Origin: Rotaria socialis | Taxonomy: Eukaryota | Assembly (NCBI GenBank): GCA_905331295.1 | Contig: CAJNYD010000407.1 | Location: 124,001 to 188,000 of the forward strand | DNA: 64,000 bases | Reading direction: 5' to 3' | In this document: in pieces, positions 13,015 to 25,500 of the stretch | How the letters are laid out: each line of letters opens with the position of its first letter | Position numbering within the stretch: position 1 is the first letter of the stretch | Position numbers and translations under genes: made by a program | Notes under the pieces: model-generated | What the model saw: only the letters and a program-made list of their open reading frames with translations | Told to the model about the DNA's origin: nothing | Database searches by the model: none

Positions 13015-15816
13015 ATGTCCTGCCCGTGGCTATGGTTAATAGTCAATTTATTTATTAGTTTTATTTCTCTTAGTCAATCACGTTATATACGTCTACCACC
13101 TGTCAATTGCAGTGAATTATCTCCAATTGGCACATCAATAACTCAATTGATCAATGTTTTACCATCATCCAATTGGGAATTTACATTTTTAACTCGAACA
13201 TCAGTTATATCTTATTTTCTCTTAGATGATCTTAAAGGTACAATAACAGTGAAACGTCGACTCGATCGTGAAGATCTTTGTCGTTTGGGTATATGTTCAT
13301 GTTCAAATGAATGTCTACTTAAACTTGAAATTAATGCACTTAGCGATACATATACACATATAATCTATGTACCAATCATTATTATTGATGAAAATGATAA
13401 TTTTTGTTTTTTTTCAAATGATATTTATTATTTAAATATAAGTGAAAATGTGCCTATCAATACTCGACTTGTTTTACCTATAGCACATGATCCAGATCAA
13501 ACACCAAATAATGTTCAATCGTATTTAATAGTACCAAATAATTATTCTGAATTTCGTCTTGATAATCAATTTTCACCATCGATGATTATTATGAAAGAAT
13601 TAGATCGAGAATCATGTGATAAATATTATTTTAATTTTTGTGCCTATGAAGGCATTGAAAATCAAAAACGTTCTTGTTGTACAACAGTTGTCTTAACGAT
13701 TACTGATATTAATGATAATTCACCGAAATTTCAACAGGATCAACACTCACCATTAATTATTAAAGTATCTGAACTAAGTCCTATTGATACAGAACTTATT
13801 CAAATGAAAGCTTTTGATCCAGATGAAGGTCTTAACGGACAAATCAGATATACATTTTCAAAGTGGACACAAAATGATGCAACAATTATTAAAATATTTA
13901 ATCTAAATCCTCTAAATGGTTCAATTACTTTATTAAAACAGTTAGATTATGAAGAAAGAAATAATTATGAATTACAAATACAAGCAAAAGATTCCGGATC
14001 TAATGCTATTCCAACGTACGCAACACTTATTATACAAGTAAAATCTTTTTAAATAACTTAATTCTAATGGATCCTATTAACTTTCTAGGTTATTGATGAA
14101 AATGATTGTACACCGGAAATTTTTACATTCTCACCAGCTGATGTTCAACTTATAAACAATTCAATAATATATATCTTAGAAAATATTTCTCTGGGTACAC
14201 CAATTCTATATGTGACAGTTTCTGATTGTGATAGTAATGAAAATGGACGTGTAGCAATGAAATTAATCTCATCATTTGATACAACTTCGCCTGTACAATT
14301 AGAACAAGTAACTGATAATACATATGTTATAAAGACAAAGATACTTCTTGACCGTGAACAAAATTCATTTCATTCATTTACATTACTTACATATGATCAT
14401 GGTCATCCGCAACGTTCAATAGAAAGTCAATTTGAATTACAGTTAATTGATGTTAATGATTGTTCACCGATTTTTGAAAATTCAACAAATTATTCATTTT
14501 ATATTGATGAAAATAATGAAGAAAATTTGATTCTTCATACAGTAGAAATATATGATCCTGATGAAGATGATCATCTTACACTGAAACTTAAATTTAATAA
14601 TAAACAAGACTATAATAATATTTTTCAATTGAATGAAAAAAATCAATTAATTATTTTAAAACGTCTTGATTATGAAAAACAATCATCATATGAATTTTCT
14701 ATTCTTGCTGAAGACGCAATGGGACATAAAACATTTGTGCCCATAGTAATTCATTTAAATGATTTAAATGATAATCCAGTTCAATTTTCAAAAAAATTTA
14801 CTCAATTTCAATTAGAGGAAAATCAAAATAATCATACATTTCTCGGTCATATTCAAGCTGAAGATGAAGATGAAAATGATGAAATTATTTATAAAATACA
14901 TTCAGAAGATTTAAATCAAACAAAAAATTTTATTGAATTAAAATCTAATGGAGATTTGTATACAAAAATAAGTTTTAATCGAGAAAAAATAAATAAACTT
15001 AAATTTCGTATTATTGCAAATGATTCATTACATACTGATTTAATATCTATTGAAATTTTAGTTCTTGATCAAAATGATAATAAACCAACAATGATAAGTC
15101 GATCGCCTTATTGTTACATATATAATAAAACAAATAGTAATGAAAATATTCGAATAGATTTAGAAAGCTATGATCCTGATGAAGATGATAATGGAAACGT
15201 ATCATTTTCTTTGGTTAATCCATCATCAATGGAAATAACACTCCTTTCAAATGGAACTCTAATAGTTCCGCCTTTATTTCAAGAATATCAATTTGACATT
15301 TATTTACACGATCAAGGAAAATCAAAAGTATTATCTTCAATCTATAAGAAGTTTATTCTTCTTATTGTTTCTGATGAATCTGAATGTCAAAATTATTCAA
15401 TAATATCTTCAATTCAACTTGACCAAAGAACATTTATTTACTTTATTTCCATTATACTTATTAGTCTACTATGTTCTACAATAGTTATTCTTCTTATTTG
15501 TTGTTTTTATTATTTTCTACAACGACGTTCAAGAAGAAGAAGATCTTTGAATAATAAGACAACAACAAATTTAACACCATCTTTTTCATCATCATTAAAT
15601 GAAGATGCTGAAAATGACACATTACTATTGTCATCTCCATCGCCTCAATTTACGGCTATGACAACAGTATCAATATCAACAACGATTACGAATGATTCAA
15701 CTCGTTTAACAACATTCGCTGATCGAATTCCAACGAATAAATCTTCATCTTTATCAAGTTCATCATCGACAACATATGTTAAAATGAGTCATTCATTTGA
15801 AGATGAAATACTGTAA
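13015..15816 (+). CDS. Protocadherin-like type I membrane protein: signal peptide, ~7 cadherin repeats, TM, Ser/Thr-rich tail. One 51-nt intron at 14038-14088.
   Basis: LDRE/LDYE motifs, AxDxD motifs and six DxNDxxP-type linkers. EC1 has the protocadherin Cys pattern (LDREDLC...CSCSNECLL). Hydrophobic FIYFISIILISLLCSTIVILLICCF followed by RRSRRRR. Confidence 0.9.
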
Positions 15817-18267
15817 TAGATTTCTCCTCCTTCTTTTCTTTTCTTTTGTTTCTCAATGTTGTACAGTTTTGTTTTTCTTTGGTTAGTGCAATAATAAATC
15901 TAATGTGTCATGTTTTCTTTTCTCAAGAGATCATATTGTATGTTTATTATCCTGAAGAAAAAAAAATATACAGATGCACAATATAATTGAGCGTGTGTCA
16001 TTTTTAATTGAATAGCAATAGCATTAAGATGCTCTCAATGAATTTTCTCGAGGGAAAAATAAGAATTCAATTTATTTTAGGAATAACTGTCCAGACACAT
16101 TTACTGCTATTAGAATGAACCCGTTCGATCGTGAATAGACAATAAAATTTGATTGGAAACCTTATTCTTGCAATTTGTCTGAGCACAATTGGATCGAGCT
16201 ATTCTATAATTAATAATTTTCAGCATCAGTAATATATCGAGAAATTGATCCTACTCTTGTAATTGACATCCGCAATATTTTATAATTACCGTTATAGAAT
16301 TAAAGTATGAGAATTAAGTGAATCAAGAATCTTCATTGGACACTCAGTCATACATATAATCATAAACTATGATTAATTCGAATGGTAAAATAAAAATAAA
16401 ATATTAGAAATAGTAGAACGATAAATATTACTAAACAATTTAGTTCATCTATTAAATTGTTGAGATATTTCAGTAGTTTTTAGAATCGAAAAAGAATTGA
16501 AAATTCAAAAATATCTTATCTACAGTTCTTGACCAATTTCTAATCAATGCATGTGAGAAATAAAGATTGAAAAATCGTCCTATCAGTCGATGAAGTCAAA
16601 TCAAAAGCTAATAACATGACATAAAGCTTTGCGAGCTTTGGATAATTCATACGAAGAAAGCAAACAAATGTACACTGATTTGCGGGATACTTTTTTTCTC
16701 TACTTCAAAAGCAAATATATTGCGCCCCCAAAAAGTCTATTTACACATGTGTCTTCACGTGAGTAGAAAAATAAATCATGAAGCAATCGACAAATGCGAC
16801 ATTTCTTTTCACAATCACCCGGCGATTGTTTTTAATTTGAAAAACTGCAAAAATATTTTCAATAATCCTGAATAGCAAAAGTTAAATCAGTATTTCTTAA
16901 TGATAATATCTTGGTAGTTCAGTACTAATGTTATTTTTTGAATAACACCATATATAGAGTTACCGAAATGGAATAGAATAGAAATTTCTTGCTATACACC
17001 AGTGCTAACCATGATATTTTGATTGAGCTAGTTTTGATAAGATAAAAATATCAATGAGAAAATGAAACTAAAAATTACGATGTTTTTTAATGGCGTTAGT
17101 CAAACAAATGACTCGTTACAAGTTTTTAATAATATTACATTTGTCTTAAAAAACATATTCTTCATCTGCAAAAAAAACTATTGTAGTCGGACAGAATGAA
17201 AGAAAGAAATCATTTTACCGATTTCTGTTCTATCTTTAGGAAGAGAAAGTAAACAGCCAGCAAATTTGACATGACAAATTATAAGGAAAAATAATGAATT
17301 CTCTTTCTTGGGATGATAGGAAAATTAGTGATAAGCTATGACATGTACAGCTGAAGAAAATTTGGCATGATTCCAAACGCCTATGCAATTAAAATTATTT
17401 ATTCAAAGAAAAAAATAACGGAACTTCACCGCAATGTTACATCAAAGTATGCTCAAATGTGTCAATTGAGCGCATGATTTTGATCAGTAAGACAGTTGAG
17501 AGGCATTGAAAAGAGGAAGTGTATTTTGAGGTTCTATCATAACATGAGTGCCTGTTTGTTGTTGTTGTTGTTGTTGTTGTTGACAAGAATGCTTGACTAC
17601 TTGAAATTGCTTTCTCCTTTCCTATAAGTGTAAAGCGAAAGGAAGCATACGAAGGTCGTATCATTTGATAAATTGTACCTTGTAGTTGGTTTAATAGAAG
17701 TTATTTAATGACCAACTGAGAAAGAGATTATTGTATACAAAACTATTTATCGATTGATTTCTGATTGCTGTGTTATCAGAGTTGCTTTGTGGTTAAGTAA
17801 TAAACTATCTATAGAGAAATTCATATAAATTCAACGATTTATTTCATTTAGAATATTACAGTTCTATCTGAAACATTCAGTAAAAAATGTTGTAAACGAA
17901 TTTCATGTGTATTTTCTAGGCAAGCCAATGAGATTAACTTACTATAACTGATAAATTCTATGCGTATACATATTTTTAGTAGACTTTTCAGGACCAACCA
18001 GATAAAATCCTTTTCTGTACGAAATCTTTTGCTTATATGAATAGTATAGAGCGATTTTTGTGAATTATGCTTGCGCCTTCATTTCAAAGGCTACAGAATT
18101 TCTTTTAACTAAGTTTTATTGTACATTATGTGAGTATCTGAATTTGACATGCTAGATTTTAATAGATTTTCAGGATCAGAAAAATTATCTTTATCATTTA
18201 TCATTTATCTTTAGATGTTACCGATGGATACAAAATAGATTATATTCGATAATTACTCGTCACCCAC

Positions 18268-18623
18268 GCAGACAAACATTTGGAATAACGCGTTTAAACA
18301 TTTAATCGGAAGCCGCGATTGTGAGTCATTAACACTCATTATGCAAACGCAAGAAACGCATGTTTTTCTCAGAATTTTTACTTTCAGAGCGCAAAACCAG
18401 CTATAAACTATAGTTATGGGCGTTTAAGGGCAAAATTATTCTATAATTATAACAGCAATATGTGTAGACGCTCATAGCTGTAGTTTATAGCTGGTTTTGC
18501 GCTCTGAAAGTGAAAATTCTGAGAAAAACATGCGTTTCTTGTGTTTGCATAATGAGTGTTAATCACTCACAATCACGGCTTCCGATTGAATGTTTAAACG
18601 CGTTATTCCAAATGTTTGTCTGC
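18268..18623. repeat. Long foldback: arms 18268-18426 and 18465-18623 (159 bp each, 9 differences, no indels), 38-nt loop. MITE-like or hairpin RNA.
   Basis: Manual reverse-complement alignment of both arms. Confidence 0.95.
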
Positions 18624-18865
18624 TTGGACAATAGCAAGAATTATAATATAGTTAGTCTTGTTGTTTAGCTAGTGATTAAGTTCATTCTAAAAAGATTCAG
18701 ATCAACAGCAGCTTTTCTATTGCCTAGATTCTGCAGTAGTGCAAAATAAATAACTATTATGCTTTCGATAGATAGACTTCCATGAGGATATTAATATTAA
18801 TTTTTGATGATTCCAGGTTTGAATCTTTTTTTCCGAAACATATCAATCAGATTATTCAACCCTCT

Positions 18866-19339
18866 ATGAGGGTACCGCTTTGTTATTGACTGCCACCTTT
18901 TGCAATTTCGGTTTTTGGCATATTACTAGGAGTTGGCATTTGGTTGTACATATGGGACGCAAATACTCCATCTATATATGACAGCAAAACAATGTGTTTT
19001 CTACTGGATTCTAACTATACTGTTAACGCATGTAAGTCTTGTTCTGACCACTGTTTTGGTAACAGTTGCAATCACTCTCAAAGCTGTACAACGTCCTGTA
19101 CAGATTAAAGCTACTATTCTGAGTGGTTTGTGGTTAACTATCCAATTTTCAAAGGCACCAAAATTACAAGTGTCATTTCAACGTCTGTTGGCTCAAGTCT
19201 ACGTGGCCTTCATATAAATAGAGATATACTTAGAGAGGAGCCTCCTTATTTTGTTTTGCAACAAGACTACCATTTTTATCGAGTAAAACTGAGACATAGG
19301 ATGGATGGATGGATGACGGTTACTGGACGTGGGTTTTGA
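18866..19339 (+). pseudogene. Decayed gene for an N-terminal TM plus Cys-rich extracellular protein
   Basis: One frame reads MRVPLCY*LPPFAISVFGILLGVGIWLYIWDANTPSIYDSKTMCFLLDSNYTVNACKSCSDHCFGNSCNHSQSCTTSCTD*SYYSEWFVVNYPIF..., with stops TGA at 18887 and TAA at 19106. Confidence 0.55.
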
Positions 19340-22300
19340 TAGGGAAAAAGACTTTCATTTACACAATTATCTAGCATTATAGCCAACGACTGATCAAATT
19401 TGATCATGATATAAAAACACCACGAATACCACATCAACGGGGATTTCGATCATTAAAATTTCAGTTTTTTAGTGAAGTCAACATAATATTTAGAATCAGC
19501 AAAAAATTCTGTACCGAATAATTCACATAGTACTTAAGAAAAGTTTTCATCAAATGTCCATATCAAGAAAATCATTAGTCAGATTTTTCAAAGAAAAAGA
19601 ATATATGGATCTAAAGACCAAAATATAATGGAAAATTGTTTCCATTATGGCATGTAGTATTATAATTACTGGTACTGTTACTTTTTGAGTCAGATTTCTA
19701 GATTATTAAAACAAATTTTTAATTGAATCAATGACGTATGAAGTTGATTGTGTAAACTAGAATTGATCACTATCTATAGGAGCTATTTAGAGAAATTTTA
19801 TTGATAGATAACCAAAATATACATACTATTTCATATGTGAAATTGTTTTTAAAATTTATTCAACAGTTTAGTTTGTAAAAATGTTCATGATTCTAATCGA
19901 TAATGCAGAGATAAAGTCAATGAAAACTACTAATCTATTGTGTTCGAGCTAAGTTATTTGACTTAGGTATGCACTCGCCTTGGTAACTGAACCGAATACA
20001 TCTCTATCATCTGTTAGCCGTACCGCATAAAGCTGATATCTAAGATAAAAAATTTGTGTCATCCGATATATGATTTCATGTATTTGGTAAAAAAGGTGTG
20101 AAAAATGTCCTTATATTTTGACAAGAAAGAGTTCAATCACGTAAAAATGTGCTCCTACGACTAAACTATGTACTAGAGAGAATGAAATAATTCTCATATA
20201 AATACAATTTTTTCATTTTACATCCTTCGATACCAGTGTGAATATTGCTTTACTCGTGCAGTTAATCTTTAGTACACGATTTCTGATATCATCGGATAGA
20301 TAAAGATTAAATAGCAATCTATCGCATTATAGTGATATGGTTTCGATTCGTGTAAATGTTTTAAACTCTGTTTCTTACTCCATATTTCACATTATGTGCT
20401 GAGTTACACATTTTTAATGGACAAAACGTTATTCGAGTATGCACAGGTTTGTTTTACACTTTGACGAACTTTTATTGGAAACGGGCTATGATCTACTATC
20501 TTTTCACTTCAGTAGTCCGAAGGTTAAGAGTTTAACATCATTTATAAGATGTTCAAAATAGCTATGCTATGAAAAAGACAATGCTCTTGAACTTTGGCTT
20601 ATGTGAATTTTTTTTTAAATTGTTAATGTCTGTATATTTTATCATAGATTAGCAACACTTACGACTGCTACTAGAATTCAAAATCTGTGAAGTCTGTTGC
20701 ATAGGATTTCATCCGTGGCTTATCCAACGTGACTTTACTTGTATTTGCATGTGTAGGAATGGGAATAACTATAATATTAACTGTGATCGAATTGATTTTC
20801 TCGCAATGCTAAACAGAGAATGTGGTTACTGGTATCTCTCGCTTCACTTCTATGTTTCATGTTGTATACGAACATTTCACTCTTTGTTACACTTTTTCGT
20901 TTTCATTTGTTATCCTGATGCTATACAGAGACCTAGTACTTAATTAAAATAGTACATGCTATTTTTAGCTGTTTTCTTCATCTATTGAATGCGATTGGCA
21001 TCTTTTGCAACTCAAATAGCTTCAAGTAGCATTTTGAAGCACAACATGTCTCGAAGGCTAGCAGCTGTTTTACTATTCGAATGTCAACCACTAAACGAAG
21101 ACAAAGAGCGACTAGTACTAAATTTTGACAAAAAATGAACTTCTAAACTTATTGATTTATCTGCGTCATCGCTGCTTATGTTAGTGGCTATTTACAAATA
21201 AAAACAATAATTCAAATGGTAAACTTTCGTTCGACTAGTGTTTCTAAATAAGCCATCTTAAAATTATTCATAAAATGTACGACATGTTTTAATATTGAGC
21301 TAGAGAGTTGTTGCGGTCAGAAGAATATTTAAGTGCTGAGAATTATTGCCAAATGAAAGGCGCATTAAAGTTTCGTTTGAGTTGAGTCTTTTTCTTATGT
21401 TAAATCAATGAAGGTCTTTAGATATAAGAAGAGTAAACATTAAAATCATGTTTCAAAGAAGAGAACCAAAAGAATTTTTGGATCAGTGTTGTCCACTACA
21501 TTCCAATTTACGTTCCATTTTATGGGAAGATTTTCTTTTACTTGAAGCATCTTTCAAATATTTTGTTTGACCAGAAATTGTTTTCAGTCCAGTAAGGGTA
21601 ATTCAATAGAATTCAATCCTTAAGAAAAACATCCATCATCTTTTAGTATATAGTTGACTATAGTCTCTAATAGACTTTAATAAGACGATCTTTACATCAG
21701 CAATGTGAGATGCATGTTGTATTCTAATATGAGCTCAGAAAAAAATGCTTAATGATGGTCAATATCATTTTTGTACAGCATATCATAAGTAGCGGTGCGC
21801 ACACTATTACTTTCACTTAAAAAGATCCAATTACAAGTAGAAATATTTAGTTGTAATACTAGATTTTTAATTCACACACATTTTTGTTACAGTATATTAT
21901 ATGATAGTAGATTCTCTAGATATTTTTGAATTAAAAACTAGGCATTGTGATACGCTAATGAGTACACCAGCGAATAAACTACATGTGTGCAGACATTATC
22001 ATCGATAGAAAGTTGTTCATTTTGTAAAAAGATAATTAATAAAACGTTGCCATTAAAAGTAATTTATAATTTCTATCAACAGCTTATTTACGTTTTAAAC
22101 AGAAGTTCTTTTAAATCGAGATGCAAATCTTCAAGTGACTTTGAATAATGATGATTTATAATCATGTTTAGAGTATGGATTTACGTAAAAATTATAATTA
22201 CATTCAAACAAACTAAAGTTCTTAGCGAACAGAATCGCTCTTGATTCAATTTGATTTCTAGTTATTGATATTATTCATTATCGTATACGCTTTGCTTATT

Positions 22301-22552
22301 ATGACATTTGCGTACCAATCATGATTGATATTCGTTGTCGTTGGTAATTTATTTCATGCATCCAGAATGTAAAATAAAACAACAGAGTTTTCAATAAAGT
22401 ACTACACTACATGCAATGAATGGTTAAATTATTTTTTTTATTTAAAAAATAAATAAAAGAAGCATATCACTGTTAAATGCAGACTACATATTATATTTTC
22501 AACTAAAAAATAAAAAGAATTTACAATTACAGTTACTTTTAATTGACTGAAA

Positions 22553-25500
22553 TTATGTTTCAGTATTCCCGTAAGTGCCCGGTGGAGCACGATAATATTC
22601 TGGAAATGTAACTAATTGAATAGTTGAAAAAGCGTACGCTTTAACACCTGTATTAATAAGTGTATTCTCAATTGATGTACCATTACGTCGAAATCGACTA
22701 ATTATGTCTTGCAGATCATGTCGATCAACATTATGATTATTTACAAGTAATTGACCTTGTTCTAATGTAAAGCCCATTGATGTGCGATCTTTAGCACTTT
22801 TACAACCTGTGACTCTTATTCCATATACTTTACGGCAAATCTAAATCGAAATAATTAATATTATCAATCATTTCAAAATGAATAGTTTACTTTTTCAGCA
22901 AGTGGAAAAATATCAACATTTTTTGGTTTGTTTGAATTGATTGCATGTTCAAGCAACTCCATCAAATGAGGTATGTCGTCTTAAAAGAAAACACTCGTGC
23001 ATCATTTCTAATCTCATACTATTACATTTTTTCAAGTATGAAAAGAAGAAGAAAGAATAAATACCTGGTAAATTATCGACACTTTTATTAATGTAGACTT
23101 TGAGTTTAGCTAGACTTTTACAATTGAGATTTTGTTCAATTGGTGGTGCGTTAAAAAAGTTGAACCTTAAAAACACAAAATTATTCAATTTTTTAAAATT
23201 CTTTTGTTTCACTCTAGTACTAACTCCTTTGCTCGTGCAAATAATGCTCGATGATCAATACCAATATTGAATACTATTGGTAGAATACGAATTACAGCAC
23301 CATTTTTTAAAACTTGTGGTAATCGAGCAAACGTATGAGTAGGCAAGGGTATCGCGACCTTACAATAAAATCGTGTACCAAAAAAACGAGGTTGCAATAA
23401 ACTATTGTTTATAGTTGCAGGTACAAAGCGTACATGGACATGTTCTAGGGCATGAATTGCCTCAACAGAATCTTCAAGCATACCCAACTCATCACCAGCA
23501 CATGTAAGAAGATATTCGAACGAGATCAACATTCCTGCGATGAATCAAATTAAAAATAAATGATGGAACATCGGATTCGCATCCGATTGTTACGTGTATT
23601 GCAAAAACTGAGTCGATTTATATATGTTTTGAATAATTTTGAGTTTTTAAGGTTCAACTTTTTTAACGCACCACCAATTGAACAAAATCTCAATTGTACG
23701 GATGATCAATAATGACAATTTTTTTGATAACTCAGCCATTTCTTGACGGGTCCCTCTCATCTTCGAACTCGACCGAGATATTGATGAGATCATTCTGTGT
23801 ACAAAATTTCAAGACAATTGGATGAGGCTTTCAAAAGTCATCATGTTAACGGCCGGGTGGACACACTGACCGAATCTAGTGTACTCACTTTTTGAGTACA
23901 CAAAAATGCAAAAAAATAGAGGAAAATAAAACGCTTCGTCACAATCATTCTTTTCTTCTTCTGCTATTTCTATATTATTAAATCTAATTATCTTTAAAGT
24001 TCATACTGATTTTTATTATTCATAAACAAATATTTATGAAAAGAATGCAGACGACATCATTAAGTTTAATAATCGTTTTGATGGCATTGAAGATCCTTTT
24101 TTAGAAAAAATATTAATCGTTTTCTGTGTAGTTGTTGTTTTCGGTAAAACCACAACTCGAGATGATTTTAATTCGGGTTGCATAGGAAAAGTAAGGCTTA
24201 TTGTAGGTGGAGGTACAAGAACAATAGTTGGCCGAGGATAATTGCTCATCGGAATTCTTTTCGAATTATCTGTTGCAATTTTATTATCCGCTTTAAGCTT
24301 TTTCGATGGCGATTTTATTATTGTGGGATGTGTTCGTTTGACTTTTGGCGATTCCATTGCTGGAGGTAATGGAAATGATGTAATTGATGTCACTGACAGA
24401 ACTGTGGGAACTGGTGTCATAGATACGTCAGATGGTTCTTTCTTTATATTTTGATGTGTTTTGGCTCGTCGATGAGCACGTTTTGATGATACTTTTTCAT
24501 CAGGTGACTTATGATATGTTCTCGGTCTTGAAAGTCGATTAACAGTTTCTACGGTAAATGTTGTAATCACATGACGTCCATATTGATCTGTTTTATGTAG
24601 ATTTTGTGGTAAAGGTTTTGTTTTAATCTTAGTTGTGAATCGATTCTTTGGCTCAAAAAGATTTTCACTTGAAATAGATGCTATTGTTTGGACATTTCTT
24701 GGCTTGACTGTTACTTGTTTTGTTGCCAACGCTGATATATATAGGGGCGGAGCTGATTCTGTAGTTGCAAAAGAACTTCTTGATGGAATACGATTAAAAA
24801 GTGAATTAGTATCATTTGACGAATAACTTGGTGGTCGATTATGTGATCGACTTTTTGTTATACGCCGATTAAAATCCTCAATAGTCCCGAATGATCCTAT
24901 TTGATCATCATTTTCCATCGATGCATTTAATATACTCTCAGACGTTTTTCTTCGTTCTTCGTCATCACGTGTTACGTCACGTAAAGGATTTTCAATATCA
25001 GTAAAACTTGTCTCAAAATGCGATACAAAACCAGCATGGCGTTGTGAGAGCTCATCAAAACGATTGAGAAGACCATCAATCGAGCGTAATACAGGAATCA
25101 TGTTTGTACGTCTGTGTGCGAATGTGTGTTAGTAGAAAAAAAGAAGAAAAAAAAGCTGAAGTGCCGAAGATCAAATCAAAGCGAACGAAAAAGGGTGATT
25201 TTTGTTTCAAAATGTATTTAACGAATAATCTAATACACTATTCTGTTGCTTTTTTTCTCACACACGTCTGTGCACTCACCATTGCTAATGTAAAGGTTCC
25301 ATGTTTGATCACTTATGTTAGTCGACGACAGAAGAACAGAAATAGAGAATATGAGGCAAGTTAGCTAGAAAAAAGAAAACAATAATAAGTGTGATGTTTA
25401 AAAAAGTAAATAGTTTTCAAGATTAAATAAATAAAAAATATATATATGTATATTTAATATAATTACCGTCTGAGAAAAGGCAATATCAAAACGTTCACGA

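Noticed and set aside
20940..21620. Minus-strand stretches that look like decayed coding sequence
   Set aside because: Multiple stops and no recognisable family; cannot be supported without a search.
23536..23643. Possible disrupted INPP4 exon ([15 protein letters not shown]) suggesting a broken gene
   Set aside because: A proper in-frame exon at 25364-25280 supplies this segment, so INPP4 looks intact.
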